From: Sphyrna mokarran
Lineage: Eukaryota
Reading direction: 5' to 3'
DNA length: 64,000 nucleotides
Assembly (NCBI GenBank): GCA_024679065.1
Contig: JAGIQG010000040.1
Span: 3,906,001 to 3,970,000 of the forward strand
Shown here: in pieces, positions 23,697-37,541 of the stretch
Position numbering within the stretch: position 1 is the stretch's first letter
Layout: every line of letters starts with the position of its first letter
Position numbers and translations under genes: made by a program
The notes under the pieces: generated by a model
Database searches by the model: none
Seen by the model: the letters and a program-made list of their open reading frames with translations, nothing else
Told to the model about the DNA's origin: nothing

Positions 23697-26578
23697 ATGC
23701 ACGGATTACCAAAAGGATTGGTTTTTGTCATTTACTATCCCGTGCTTGCAGTGATCGGGATTCCAGGTGAGCATCTTTCATGAAGTATTCGGTACGGAAA
23801 TCATTGTCAATCGCTGCCATTGCTTTCTGATTTCAGCTTATCGCCGTCCTCGTTCCCTGGAAGTGTTTTTTTTTATCATACTGGCACTCACATCCAGCAT
23901 GAACTGTTCATTTCATTGTGACAACTTTCCTTTTTAATCGTATTTTGCAATATAGTCTTTGCATTTGAAGAAATAAAAATATTCTATTTAATACTCCATT
24001 TCACCAATTTAATTTATGGAAAGGCTGTTGCGACTCAAGTTGTTCCTCAGGGATCAGTGCTGTGACCTTTGCTGTTTGTAATATATGCAAATGATTTGGA
24101 GAATAATATAACTTGTTTGATTCGTATGTATGTGGGCATCACAAAGATTAGTGGAATTGCGATAACAATGATGACTGTCAGGGGATACAACAGGGAATAA
24201 ATCGGTTTGAGACTTTCGCAGAGAGATGGCAGATGGAGTTTAATCTGGATAAATGTGGCGTAATTGATTTTGGAAGGTCTAATACAGATAGAAAATGTAA
24301 AGTACATGGTAGAACCTTTAAGAGTATCGATAGAAAGAGAGATTTGGGTGTAGAGATACACAAGTTACCGAAAATGGAAACGCGGGTAGAGAAGGTAGTC
24401 AAGAGGGCTTGCCTTCATCAGCCGGGGCATTGAGTGTAAAATTCGCAAGTCATATTGCAGTTTTGTAGAACCTTAGTTAGGCTGCACTAGGAATCTAGTG
24501 TCTCTTTCTGGTCGCCACACTGGCAGAGGATTTGGAGATTTGAAGAGGGTCCTTTATTCCTTTCATTTCCTTGCATGATTGCTAGATCTGCTTCTTTTTA
24601 ACGGTGCTATTTCTTTCCTTTATCATAACTTATTCCCATTTCTGGTTTCAGTTTTATACTTTGACAATACATAACGTTTATGTGACCACAAAGTTGGAAA
24701 ATCTTTCCCAGTTACATGAGTCATATCTCATTTTCTGCGCCCTTCTGTTCAGCGATATGATTATTAGAGGGGAAGTGTCGCAATATCACCAAACTGCATA
24801 TGCATTTCTAATGTTTAACTAGCGATGTTATCTTGTATCATCACTCAATTACCATACATGTAATAAATTATAGACACAGCCAGTGCATTATTTTATTTAT
24901 GCTTATTCGCATTGAGTTGGAATATGAACAGTTGAATCTCTTGAATCTGTGTGGCATATCATTTCATAGCTCCTCTGTTTATCGGCTGAGAAAATATATG
25001 CATCCTGCGCGGTGTATAATTATCTCAGTGGTGAAATACGTTTTGAAAACCATGCCGTTTCACTCTGAAGAGATAGACGCCCAATTCATTTACAATTAAT
25101 ATTTCCAATATGTTGGTAGCTTTTCTTGTTTCCGTAAACCACCACTGTTTTGTCTTCTGATCATTACAGTTTAAGAGTTCCTGGTCACGTACCTTTTGTC
25201 CCAAAATGCTTTTGTGCATTCAAGCGTTTTCCAGGACTAGTTCGCATCGAAAGAATTTAGTATCTATTTCCACAAAACATTTTCTGGTGCCTTTCTGCTC
25301 AATTTACATGTCGCTCTATCATTGTGTTTTCCTTCTTTTTCTCCCCAATATTCCAGCTTATATGTGTTCTGCCTCAGTGGATGCGGAAATAATTTATTGT
25401 ATTTCATTTAACTGAGTCACAAAATATGAAGTTACTTGTTTACTATAGGACCGAACCGGTATTCATCCTAGGAGGACAGAGCAGTATTGTGAATTTATTA
25501 AACATTAGCATCCGTTTTCTCCAATGAAAGCGATAGGTCATAAAACTGAAATTTTGGCTCTGCTTTTAGTTTGCATCTGATATCCAATCTGAATTTTTTT
25601 CAAAAATGTTTGTTCAGCATTCCTTTATCACGATTGCATATTCACTAGATATGTTTCCGACTCATAGCTAATCTCGCGGTAATTGTGATCCTGTCACGAG
25701 GAAGATGTGGTCTCTCCGGATGCATCACCTACTACCTGATGTCCATGGCAGTGACAGATCTCCTGGTCATGATCCTGGCGGTGATAGTAAATCGCATTTT
25801 GGGTGTTTATTTTCCATTCAGTTTCCTCTCAATCACTCCAGTCTTTGCTCTCAGTCTTGTGCTGATATATGGTGTTAGAGATTCTTCTGTCTGGTTAACA
25901 GTCGCTTTCACCTTCGATCGATTTATAGCTATTTGTTGCCAAAGGCTAAAAACAAAATACTGCAAAAAAAAAATTTCAGCTTTGGTGATAGGAACTGTCT
26001 GTTTTGTTCACTGTGCTAAAAAAATTCCCTTGTTCTTTGCTTGTGAACCATCCATTATCATTAACAATATTCCCCGATACTGTAAGTTAACATCAGTATT
26101 TTACACCTCATCTGGATGGATCGCATATGATAGCATAAACGCCATTTTAATACCTTGTCTCCCATTTGTCCTGATATTGATGCTTAATGTTCTAACTGTC
26201 AAGCATATTGTTGCAGCCAGTCGAGCCCGCAGAAGACTCCGAGCCCAGAACATTGCAGAGAGTCAGAATGATCCAGAGATGGAGAAAAGGAAAAAGTCCA
26301 TTATTTTACTATTTGCCATCTCAGCTAGTTTCATCCTATTGTATTTGCTTGCTGTTGTAACTTTCCTTTATGTCCGAATTGCGAGCGTTATTTATTTAGA
26401 AGGTTCAAGTTTCAGCAAATCCAATTATATTCTTGAAGAAAGTGGATTAATGCTGCAACTTTTGAGTTCTTGCATAAATCCATTTATTTATGCGGGGACC
26501 CAACGCAAATTTAGAGATGAGTTAAAGAATGGCGTGAAATATCTATTACGTCCTTTTGTTAACTTATTTAACTTATGA
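23697..26578 (+). CDS. GPR139/GPR142-like class A GPCR, paralog 1 (exon 1 23697-23766, exon 2 25668-26578; 326 aa)
   Basis: Exon 1 MHGLPKGLVFVIYYPVLAVIGIP|gtgag and exon 2 tag|ANLAVIVIL join in frame. Motifs: MAVTDLL (TM2), SVWLTVAFTFDRFIAIC (TM3), CINPFIY (TM7). TATA-like ttatata at ~23640; AATAAA at 26583. Confidence 0.9.
24020..24550 (+). mobile_element. CR1 RT fragment in the intron of GPCR paralog 1
   Basis: PQGSVL.PLLFVIY.NDLE and WQMEFNLDKC motifs. Confidence 0.85.
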
Positions 26579-27649
26579 ACAAAATAAAACATAACATGAA
26601 TTGCAAATGTTATTCCCTGTGCCTCGAGGTTTCAATGATCACAACAGTCATGCGGACAGCTGAGATTCCAATGCAGTGCGTCTAATGTTTTCGATCTATG
26701 TTGCCTGTACTACATACAATACATTAACTATTTAGTGTACTCTTCTCTGTATTCCTGTGTATCGTTTGTGTCTGAAGGTAGATTATCCCTTGAAATGTGT
26801 GCAATACTATTCCCGCTGATTGTTCCCTATTCACAAGCCTGCACTTCACACTGGAACTCTTCTGTTGTAAGCATAGGAACGGCGAAGAAAATGTCAAGGG
26901 AGAAAACATTCTATTTATTCGGTATTCTTTTAGATAATCAATCAGAACAGCATTCATAGTATCCACGAAGAGTGCAAATCGACTCTAATTACATAGTTAG
27001 TTTTGCTTATGCACCATTAACAGACGAATTTAAAAACCTATATGAAATTCAATGGAATCATCAACTTCAGCACGAATTATGCTCCGAAAGACATGTTGAC
27101 ATTGCAAAAATAATGTATATAATGTTTAAAAATTCTGGACCAATCACAACAGTGAATCTCTATCCTAACCTTTCGTACATACTGCACATATTGTCGGTAT
27201 GGGATTTCTCCCGTTCATGGGATGCAAAAGCCGAGACAGTCTCGCTTTTCACCCAACTTCCCGCTTCAAGACACATGCTAACATAAAGTTTCAACAAATA
27301 CGCACGGGAGATGTTGAAGCCACGACATAAAATCATTAATATTTGGCATCTAATGACAGATCCGGGCCAATGAAGCCAGGCGAAATATTTATTATCTCGC
27401 ATTCCATCTTTTGATGTCCAAACTGAAACTGGCTCATTATCTTTTGATTTATTCAACCGCTGTCCAAATTAGAGCAGGGCTGGTTGCGAGTGACATTGTC
27501 AGTAACAACAAAACCGAAACCCTGTTGTCACACATAAACTTGTTTACGTGTCAGCAATTTAATGAAAGCCTCTGCTGTCACTCGTCTATTATTCAGTTTT
27601 CTACCTTGTGAACTATTGGACTATAAACTTGGACGAATTTGTAAGATTC

Positions 27650-27940
27650 TTCGTCGTCCATACAGTATGTGAATGCCTGCTTAGCAGTGTGAATGTTTCG
27701 ATAAATAACAGCAGTGAGCACCATCTGGCGCATTTGATGAACTCAGCAAGGCTCCTTAAGTAGCACATTCCACATCCACGACTGCTTGCACGTAGAAAGA
27801 CAAGAGCAGATGACATATTAAACAGATACAAATGGAAGGTCATCTCCAGGACACTCGTCATCCTGATTTGTCAATGCATATGCTCTGATGAAAACCCTGA
27901 ACACCCTTCCCAACAGCAACCTAGGTGTATCTATGTATAT
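27650..27940 (+). mobile_element. Degenerate L2/CR1-group LINE 3' fragment
   Basis: aggctccttaagtagcacattccacatccacgact...cactcgtcatcctgatttg, similar to the 57480-58120 copy. Confidence 0.5.
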
Positions 27941-29364
27941 GTCCAAAGATGAGCATTTAGGTGGAATATCCATGCTAAATTTTCCTTAGTTTCTCCGTTT
28001 TAGCCATGGAAAATGAATAGGGTTATAGAAAATGGGGTAGGCCTCTGTTATCTTCATTGTCAGAGAGTCAGTACACACTCTATGGGCTAAATTATCTCTT
28101 CTGCCGGGATTTTATGATATGATGAGAAAGCAACAAGCCCTGTCATGTGTCTACACCTCACCAACTGCATATAAATATATCACAATCTAGATAATCACAT
28201 TCTTTAATCAAATCCACTGTGAGTGAAACAGGAAGCAAGAACACGATTTTACCCAACATTCTTCAATCTCCAGATGTCAGCAAAAAGCTGCGATTGCAGC
28301 TTTAGTCAGAGCTTACTGTCCATTCCTGGACACAAAATGCTCCAACCAGGGTCAAATCTCTAAATACACTATGCATAGGCACAGGAGAATGTTCATTAAA
28401 CCTCCGAGTAGCATTTACAAAATAACCGAGCGAGTGAGGTACAAAAAGTCACCTGAACTTTCTAAATGATTTCTGTTTCAAATTAGTCAATTTGATTGAA
28501 AAGCTGAGTGTTGTGAATCTGAAAATGAATACAATCGGTTGTATTACCCAGTGATTTCTTTCCCAGTGTTTGTCCATCAGTTTTGGAATTCAATATTTGT
28601 TGGATACTGAAGTGAAAGTCATTTCGAAATGTGCGCTTGAACAGATATGGAGAAATTGGAAACAACTTATCGGAGATGTGATTAATTTGAGAGTTAAAAA
28701 AACATGCTTCTTAAAGCATTTATGATCAAGGATATTCATGCGTCAAACATTGAAGCGAATCTCATTTCAAAATGACGATATAAAGCAGGAACAAATACAC
28801 TGCATTGTTTGGAAGGAGATGCAGGTCAAAAGAACAAGTTTTGAACGATGTTATTGATGATTGAATGGAAAATATTGGAGCCTTTTGCTTATTTTTGTTA
28901 ATTTCTTGATAAGATTAGGGAAAGAGTATTCATGAGTTGCTCCTGAACGTACTCAAAACGCAATGAGCCGTAAGGGAACATTGGATTAGATGTTTTTTTT
29001 TAAATTGAGGCTAAGGGGCAATTATATTGAATTGTTTAAAATGAGGGACCTAGATAGAGTGGGGAGGAATGACCTATTTCGTTGAACAGAGAGAACAATA
29101 ATCAGTGATATAGATTTAGGAAAGAAAACCCTCATACTTGCATTTGCCTTCCACCACCATCAGAATTTCGAAATGTTTTCCAGCCAATAAAGTTATTTTG
29201 AAATGGTAATATTGTAATATTGGGAACAGAGTAAAATCTAAATATTAGTTTCACAAATTTGAAACCAGTAAAACAATTTATTGATACATGTTAATTAATT
29301 CTTAAGTTCAATGAATTAAAAAAAATTACAGATTGAGAGAACCAACAAGAGCAATATTAATAGA

Positions 29365-32300
29365 AACACAGAACATTGCAGCATAGTACCAGCACTTCGA
29401 CCCTCAGTGTTCTGCCGAGCAATGTCCAATCCCAAGATCAATCTATTCCACTCCTTATAACTCTGGTGTGCTCCATGTGCCTATCCAATAACCGCTTGAA
29501 AATTCCTAAAGTGTCCGAGTCCTCTATCACAATAGGCAGTCTATTCCACACCCCAACCACCCTCTGAGTGAAGAATGTACCTCGGACATCCACCTTATGC
29601 CTCCCACCATGAATCTTATAGTTATGCTCCTTAATAACAGCTACATGCACCGAGAAAATAGTCTTTGCACGTCCGCTCTGTCAATCCCGCTCATCATCTT
29701 ATAAACCTCTATTAAGTCGCCTCTCATCCTCCTCTGCTCTAAAGAGAAAAGCCCCAGCTCCCTCAACCTTTCCTCCTAAGACCAACCTTCCAAACCAGAC
29801 AGCATCCTGGTAAAACCCCCTTTGCACTCTCTCCAATGTTTCTACATACTTCTTATAGTGAGGTGACAAGAACTGAACACAATATTCCAAATGTGGTCTC
29901 ACCAACGTCCGTATAGTTGCAGCATAACCCCATGGCTCTTAAACTCAAACCCTGTGTTAATAAACGCTAACACACTATAAACCGTTTTTTACGGCTCTAT
30001 ACACTTGAGTGGCAACTTTCAGAGATCTGTGGATATGAACTCCAAAATCTCTGTGTTCCTCCACATTCCTCAGAACACTGCCGTTGACCCTGTAATCTGC
30101 ATTCAAGTTTGTCCTACCAAAATGAATCACCTCACAATTATCAGGGTTAAACTCCATCTGCCATTTTTTCGTCTAGTTCTGCATTCTATCAATGTCTCTT
30201 TGCAGCCTGCAAGAGCCCTCCACCTCATCCACTACTCCACCAATCTTGGTATCATCAGCAAATTTACTAACCCACCCTTCAGCCTCGGCTTCCAAGTCAT
30301 TGATAAAAGTCACAAATAGCAGAGGACCCAGCATTGACCCTTGTGATACACTGCTGATAACTCCAGTCTGAAAGTTTTCCTTCCATCACTACCCTCTGTC
30401 TTCCATGATACAGCCATTTACTTATCCAATCGGCTAAATTTCCTTCTATCCCATACATCTTTATCTCCTTCATGAGTTCCCCATAAGGAACTTTATCAAA
30501 CGCCTCACTAAAATCCATGTGTACGACATCAACTGCTCTACCTTCGTCCACACATTTAGTTACCTCCTCAAAGAATTCAATCAAATTTGTGAGGCAAGAC
30601 GAAACCCTCATGAAACCATTCTGACTATCCCGGATTAAACTGCATCTTTCCAAATGGTCGTAAATCCTATCTCTCAGGACCCTTTCCATTAACTTACCAA
30701 CTACTGAAGACTAACTGACCTATAATTACCAGGATCATTCCTATTTCCTTTCTTGAAGAGAGGAGCAGCATTCGCCACTCTCCAGTCCTCTGGTACTATC
30801 CTCGTGGACAGTGAGGACTCAAGGATCAAAGCTAAAGGCTCTGCAACCTTATCCCTTGCCTCCCAAAGTACCCTGGGATGTATCCCATCTGGTCCAGGGA
30901 ATTTATCCACTTTCAGGTTTTTCAAAATTGCCAATACATCTCCCCTCACAATATCTACCTCTTCCATCCTATCAGCCTGTATCACGCACTCATCCTCAAA
31001 AACATGTTTTTTCGTCCTTACATATGCTTCCATTTTCGTCTTAAGACATTCAACCTCCTTTGTGAACCATGGTTCCCTCACTCCGCCATTTCCTCCCTGC
31101 CTGCCAGGGGCATGCCTATCAAGGGCACACAGTATTTGTTCCTTCAAAAAGCTCCACTTTTCGTTTATGCCCATACCTGACAGCTTCTGTTTTCATCTTA
31201 TGCTCCCTAATTCTTGCCTAATCGCATCATAGAACATAGAACATAGAACAATACAGCACAGAACAGGCCCTTCGGCCTTCGATGTTGTGCCGACCAAAAT
31301 AAAAAGCAATGCCCCTCCAAACTAAACCATTCCCTTCTCTTCCATATACTTATCAATTAACCTCTTAAACGCCACCAAACTTGGCGCATCTACAACAGCT
31401 GCAGGCAGGGCATTCCACTCCCTAATCACTCTTTGAGTAAAGAACCTACCTCTGGTATCCGTCCTATAACTCATACCCCTTAATTTAAAGCTGTGTCCCC
31501 TCGTGCTAGCTTTCTCCATCCTAGGAAAAAGGCTATCACTGTCCACCCTATCGAAACCTCTAATCATCTTATATGCTTCAATAAGATACCCCTGTCCCAA
31601 TTATAAACAATGCCCTGTCGTTGACCCATCTTTCTCCATTGCAATAATAAAGGACATGAAATTGTGGTCCCTATCTCCAAAGTGCTCTCCAATAAACAAA
31701 TCTAACATTTGGCCTTGTTCATTACTCAGTACCAAGTCCAATGTGGCCCCACCTCTTGTCGGCTTATCCATATATTGTGTCAGGGTACTCTCCTGCACAG
31801 ACTATACAAGAAGTGTCCCATCCAAACTATTCGTCCTATAAAGGTTGCACTTAATATTTAAAGTCACCCATATAGTTATCCTGAGAACTCCAAGCCTATC
31901 CATAATCTGCTTTGCCATTTCCTCCTCCACATCTCTATTACTATTTGGGGGCTGATAGAAAACTGCTAAAAACGTGACCAACCCTTTCCTATTTCTAACC
32001 AGCCCATATTACCTCAGTAGGCAGATCCCCCTCAAAATGCCTTTCAGCAGCCGTTAAACTGTATTGATTAACAATGCTACTCCTCCACCTCTTTTACTGC
32101 CTTCCCTATTCTTATTGAAACATGTATACCCCAGAACTGCCAACAACCATTCCCACCCCTGTTCTAACCATTTCTCTGTAATGGCCACAACAACATAGTC
32201 CCAAATACCAATTCACGCTTGAAGTTCACCTACATTATTCCTAATGCTCCTTGCATTGAAGTAGATACATTTCAATCCACCATCCTGTCTGCCTGTACAC

Positions 32301-32705
32301 TCCTGCGACCTTGGTACCTTCCTCGCGACCCTCAACATTGGCTTTTGGACTACATCTCATTTTCCCAGCCCCCTAACAAATTAGTTTAAACCTCCCCGAA
32401 GTGTAGTTGCAAAATTTCCTCCCAGGATATTAGTGCCCCTTTGGTTCAGGTGCAAACCGTCCTGTTGGTATAAGTTCTACTTTCCCCAGGATGTGCTCCA
32501 ATTATCCAAGTAAATGAAACCCTCTCTCCTACACCATTCCTGCAGCCAGATGTTAATCTGCATTCTCTCCCTGTTCCCCAACTCATTAGCACGTGGCATA
32601 GGCAGAAAACCAGAGATGACAACATGTTTATCCTAGCTTTCAGCTTCCAGCATAGCTCCCTAAATTCCTGTTTTAAATCTTCATCCCTTCTTCTACCTAC
32701 ATTCC
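29365..32705 (-). mobile_element. Long degenerate CR1 LINE (ORF1 end through 3' tail)
   Basis: ORF1 remnant (32446-32712), endonuclease LTQYMDKPTRGGATLDLVLSNE, RT pieces, RPHLEYCVQF and 3' UTR. Confidence 0.92.
31228..31590 (-). mobile_element. Young short CR1 3' end nested in the older CR1
   Basis: Almost identical to 7945-8310, including the (TTCTATG)n tail; interrupts the host ORF2. Confidence 0.92.
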
Positions 32706-33149
32706 ATGTCATTTATGTTCTTATATTGCTAGTCAATAAAATATCATTGCAGATTATAAATTCAATGGTGGAAGAAATCAAGACATAAGAATAAGAACCA
32801 AAGAATAAAGAAAAACATATTCAAGCTGTTTTCCTTTTAGTTTCGTGGAGGTGGCCGTCTCCAACAAGACGTGGATGTATTGGCCATATCTTTTACCCTG
32901 AACTAAGTGGTGTGTCAATCCATTGACATGTATGCATCTCAATCGATTCTATGACTCTATGATTTCACTGGACAAATAAGTGTCAAGCACATTTTCATAG
33001 ATCCAGAATCACATAAAAGCCAGACCCGGGTGGGAGAACAGTTTTCTGCCCCCAAAACAATTAATGAACAAAATTGTTTAAATGTTAGGATTATAAGATT
33101 ATATTTGTTAAAATTACCATTATTGACGAAATAGTTCAACTACTATCTA

Positions 33150-33960
33150 TTAAGTGAAATTGCATCCCACGGCCTGAGATTTAAAACTGTTTTCCCTGAT
33201 CGTTTGCCTGGATTAATGGAAATAAAATTACATTTTACCGAGTGCCATCCACTGACTCATGGGGTCACGCAGGAGTCAATGCTGAGACTCAGTTGTTCAT
33301 TATACTTATAAGTCATCTTAGTGAGGTAATCAAATGGAATATTTCAATGTTTTGTTATGAGATACTATTGTGAGTTGTGAAGTGGATGCCATGACGCTTC
33401 AAGGGGATTTAGGCAAACTGACTGACTGGGTAAAAATGACATATGAAATACAGCATGGAAAATATGACGTTCTGCACTTTGGAAGAAAAAATCGTAATAT
33501 TAAAATATAAAAATATTGGGAAGTATGGATTTATAAAGGGATCTAGGTATCCTTGTACACCAGTCACTGAAACTGGAGAGGCACCAAGCAATTAGAGAGA
33601 AAAGCGGAATGTTGGTCTTGGTTGCAAGATGATTTGAGTTCAAAAGAACGGGCGTTTTACTGCTGTTATAACGGACCCTGTTGAGATCACCCCTAGAGAC
33701 TTGCGTACAGTCTTGGTCTCCTTCCCTTATCAAACAACACACCTGTCATGGAGAGAATCCAACTAAGGTTCATATATTGTATATATATTCGGATATTGTT
33801 GGGCTGCCGAGGCTGTCCTACGAGATGTGATTGGTTCGGTTGGGCTTATATTGACAGTGGATTAGATGAATATCACGTTTAACCTGTCCAGATCCCATTG
33901 AATGGAGGAGCAAATGTGATGGATCAAATGGCCTAATACTGTCCTTACAATTATGATTCT
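33150..33960 (+). mobile_element. Old degenerate CR1 fragment
   Basis: ggggtcacgcaggagtcaatgctg (GVPQGSVL-like) and LYRTLLRSPLETCVQSWSP-like sequence. Confidence 0.65.
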
Positions 33961-34369
33961 ATAGTTGGCATAAGCTGGAGACCTTTTGTCACCCTGCCAG
34001 AATGAAACTTTCACCATGTAGGAAACTGGAACAAAGCATAAAGACTCCCGTCCTTGCAAACAGTGTTGTGATATTATTAGAAACAACACTTAAAGAAACA
34101 TCCGCTTATTTTTACCAGTAGGTGACAGTTACATGATATTTTACCCTTTGCGGATCTCCGACGAATGCAGCTTGGAAACAGAACATTGATCAATTTCTCA
34201 ATACAAAATTAAAGTAGTTACCTACATAATTTATTTCTTTTTATTTCAAACTTCGGAATTAAAACAAAAAGCATTGGGTTTAATTTTCAGCACATGAATT
34301 ATAGTGTCAACTCATAATATTTTTTTCGCAATGAATGGACTGAAAAATATCTAAATTAACACGCTTATT

Positions 34370-35460
34370 ATAGAAAGGTGGGTGACGGAAATCGGCAACC
34401 TATAATCTAGTCAGCCCACTATCGATTGCAGATGAAAGTAAAATACTTGAATGTTTGTCAGGAAATAAGAAGACATTGAGGAAATCGTACTGATATCAAG
34501 AAGAATTGGCATAGCTGCATACAAGTGAAATTGTGTTTTAACATTTATTAGAGTTCATTGAGGAATTAACACTCAAAACAAGGAAAGTAGAACATGTAGC
34601 TGCGGTACGCTTTGATTTCCAAATGTTATTTGATAAGTTTATACCTTAAAGGTTACGACAGAATAAGTACTGATTCTGTAGTGGAAAACATCATATCACG
34701 GAAGAGGACTGATTAGCTAAAAAGAAGAAAAGTTGAAATTAATTATGGAGTTTCCCAACTGCAGAAAATGGAAGATACGGGGATAGCACGGGGACATGTT
34801 CTTTGAACTCAACGGCATGTGTCATTAGACCATGAACCAGGATGAGTAGGCAGAAAGTATGGGAGTTTTTTTGTCAAGAATACCAAGATTGCTGGGAGTA
34901 ATCATTGTCTGAAAGACGTGTGGAGACTTCAAATGGATATTGATGGATACCTGAGTGTCAAAGAATATTTTGCATATAGTGCTTGATGTGGGAAAGTTCG
35001 AAACTGTCCACTTTAGTAGGCAGAAATTGCACACAATATGCTATTTAAATGGAGAACTAAAGAATCACTCACAGTAAAGATGGGTCAGCGTGCCCACTAT
35101 GTTGAGCAAAACAGATTGGTTGTGCAGATAACCGAAGAAACAGGAAAGCAACTGAATTACTGCAGGATATTGCAAGGGAGTAAATATAAATGTTGAAAGG
35201 TTTTCCCGCAGTTGCTGAGAGCACTGGTGAGACCACATCGGGGGTTCTATGCACACTTTTGGAGAACAATAATACATTGGCGTTTGCAGGAGTTGAAACG
35301 AAAATGTGTGCCCTTCTCATTCCTGTACTTAAGTGTTTACATTATCATAACAGATTGGCTCATACCCATTCGAGATTAGAAAAAAAAAGAATAAGTGGTA
35401 ATCTTATTGAAACCATCGAAATCCCGAGGGGACATGATCAGGAGATCGAGGTCATATAGT
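34370..35460 (+). mobile_element. Old degenerate CR1 fragment
   Basis: Remnants of GNY.PVS, DFQ..FDK, LVRPH and LEKKRISGNLIETI. Confidence 0.6.
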
Positions 35461-35869
35461 CGATAAAGTTGCGCAAAAGTGCCATTTCAGTGAGGTAGCT
35501 AAAATAGAAGATGCCTATCAAGTATTATGTTCTTCCCTTCCAGTTAGAAGTAATTTTTTTACTCATATTTGATCATTGAAATTTAGGATATTTTTTAAAG
35601 AATTTAGAAGTAATTTCATCAATACTCAAGGCGAAAATAAAAAATGGCAGATGTGAAAGGCCAGCAATCTTATTTCTGCACACAAGTCTCCTGTTGTATT
35701 TCTAAGTATGTATAGCATTATAATGTGAGGATAGACATCTGGAACGATAGGTCAGAACAATTAAAATAACCATTATATTAGAGCAGTCAGTCAAGCTTTT
35801 AGCAAAATTGGAGAATGTAGCTGAGAAAAGATTGAAAACGGAAGGTCATCGTTGACAACGATTTGTCAT

Positions 35870-37541
35870 CAGTTTTTCGAGAAGGTGACGAAAATGGTCG
35901 ATGAAGGGCGAACCGTTGATGTCGTCTATATAGATTTCAGTAAGGCGTTTGACAAAGTCCCTCATGGGAGGTTAGTTGAAAAGGTCAAGGCTAATGGGAT
36001 ACAAGGACAGGTAGCTAGATGGATAAGTAACTGGCTTGGTAATAGGAGACAGAGAGTAATAGTGGAAGGGTGTTTTTCTAGCTGGAGGTCGGTTACTAGT
36101 GGTGTGCCGCAGGGCTCAGTACTGGAACCTCTTCTGTTTGTAATATATATAAATGACTTGGAAGAGGGAGTAAGTGGAGTGATCAGCAAGTTTGACGATA
36201 CGAAGATGGCTGGACTTGCGGATAGTGAGGAGTATTGTCAGGCGATACAGCAGGACATAGATAGCCTGGTAACTTGGGCAGATAGATGGCAGATGGAATT
36301 CAATCCTGATAAATCTGAGTTGACGCATTTCGGGAGAAAGAATGTAGGGAGGAGATATATGATAAACGGTAGACCTATTAAGAGTATAGAAACGCAGAGG
36401 GACCTGGGGGTGCAGGTGCACAAGTCTCTGAAGGTGGCAGAGCAATTGGAGAAGGTTGTGAAGAAAGCACACGGTATGCTAGCCTTTATAGGAAGGGGTA
36501 TAGAGAACAAGAGCTGGTCTTTAATGTTGCAGCTGTATAAAACGTTGGTTAGACTTCATTTGGAATACTGAGTCCAGTTCTGACTGCCTTACTAATGAAA
36601 GGATGTGGAGATACTGGAGACAGTGCAGAGGAGGTTTACCAGGATGCTGCCAGGTATGGAAAGTCTGAGTTACGAGGAGAGGTTAGGCAAATTGGGACTG
36701 TTTTCCTTAGAAAGACGTAGACTTAGAGGAGATCTAATAGAGGTGTACAAGATTATGAGGGGCATAGATAGAATAAACAGGGTTAAGCTTTTTCCTAGAA
36801 TGGACTCAATTAGCACGAGGGGTCACGGGCTTAGGGTGAGGGGGTAATGTATAAATTGGATGGTAGAGGGAGTTTTTTTACACAGAGGTTGGTGGGGGTA
36901 TGGAATGCGCTGCCAAGTAAAATAGTGGAGGCAGGCACTCTAGAGTTATTTAAGAGATACTTAAATAGGCACATGAACAGAATGGGATTGGAGGGATATA
37001 GAAAACTGATTTAAAATAGGGATCATGAGGTTTGGGGGTCTCTGGGAAGTGTGTAAATTGCTAATGATATCGATGTTTTTTTTTATCCTACACGTATTTT
37101 GGACCGCCTTGTTGTCTAACAAAGGACGTACACGCGATGGGTCGTGGGAGGGCTGCTCTTGGATTTTTCGGAGTATCCTAGTGCTTCACGTTGTTAGGAT
37201 ACGCTTGACCTGGACCATTTGACGGGCAACACGACAGCTCAGTGACTATCGCTGTGCTGTGCAGATACATGGATTTGGGCCTGTGTCTGTGGGAGTTTGC
37301 GCATTCTCCCCGTGCTTGCGTGGGCTTTCTCCCGGTGTTCCGGTTTCCTCCCACATCCTAAAGGTGTGCTGTTAGGCTGACTGGCAGAACAAATTCTCCC
37401 TAAATTGTCTCAAATTTGGTTTCAATGCATCGACCTATAAACATAGACAGGGATCACGGGTACAGGTGGCAACATGGAGGTGGCGGCGCGGGCTCATTGG
37501 GCTGTAGGGCCTGCTTCCCGTTTGTTCTTCTTTGTTCTTTG
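35870..37541 (+). mobile_element. CR1 LINE with a long, SINE-containing 3' UTR (copy A)
   Basis: RT ORF 35852-36571 and C-terminus; ~530-bp 3' UTR containing a V-SINE core; (TTCTTTG)n tail. Confidence 0.92.
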
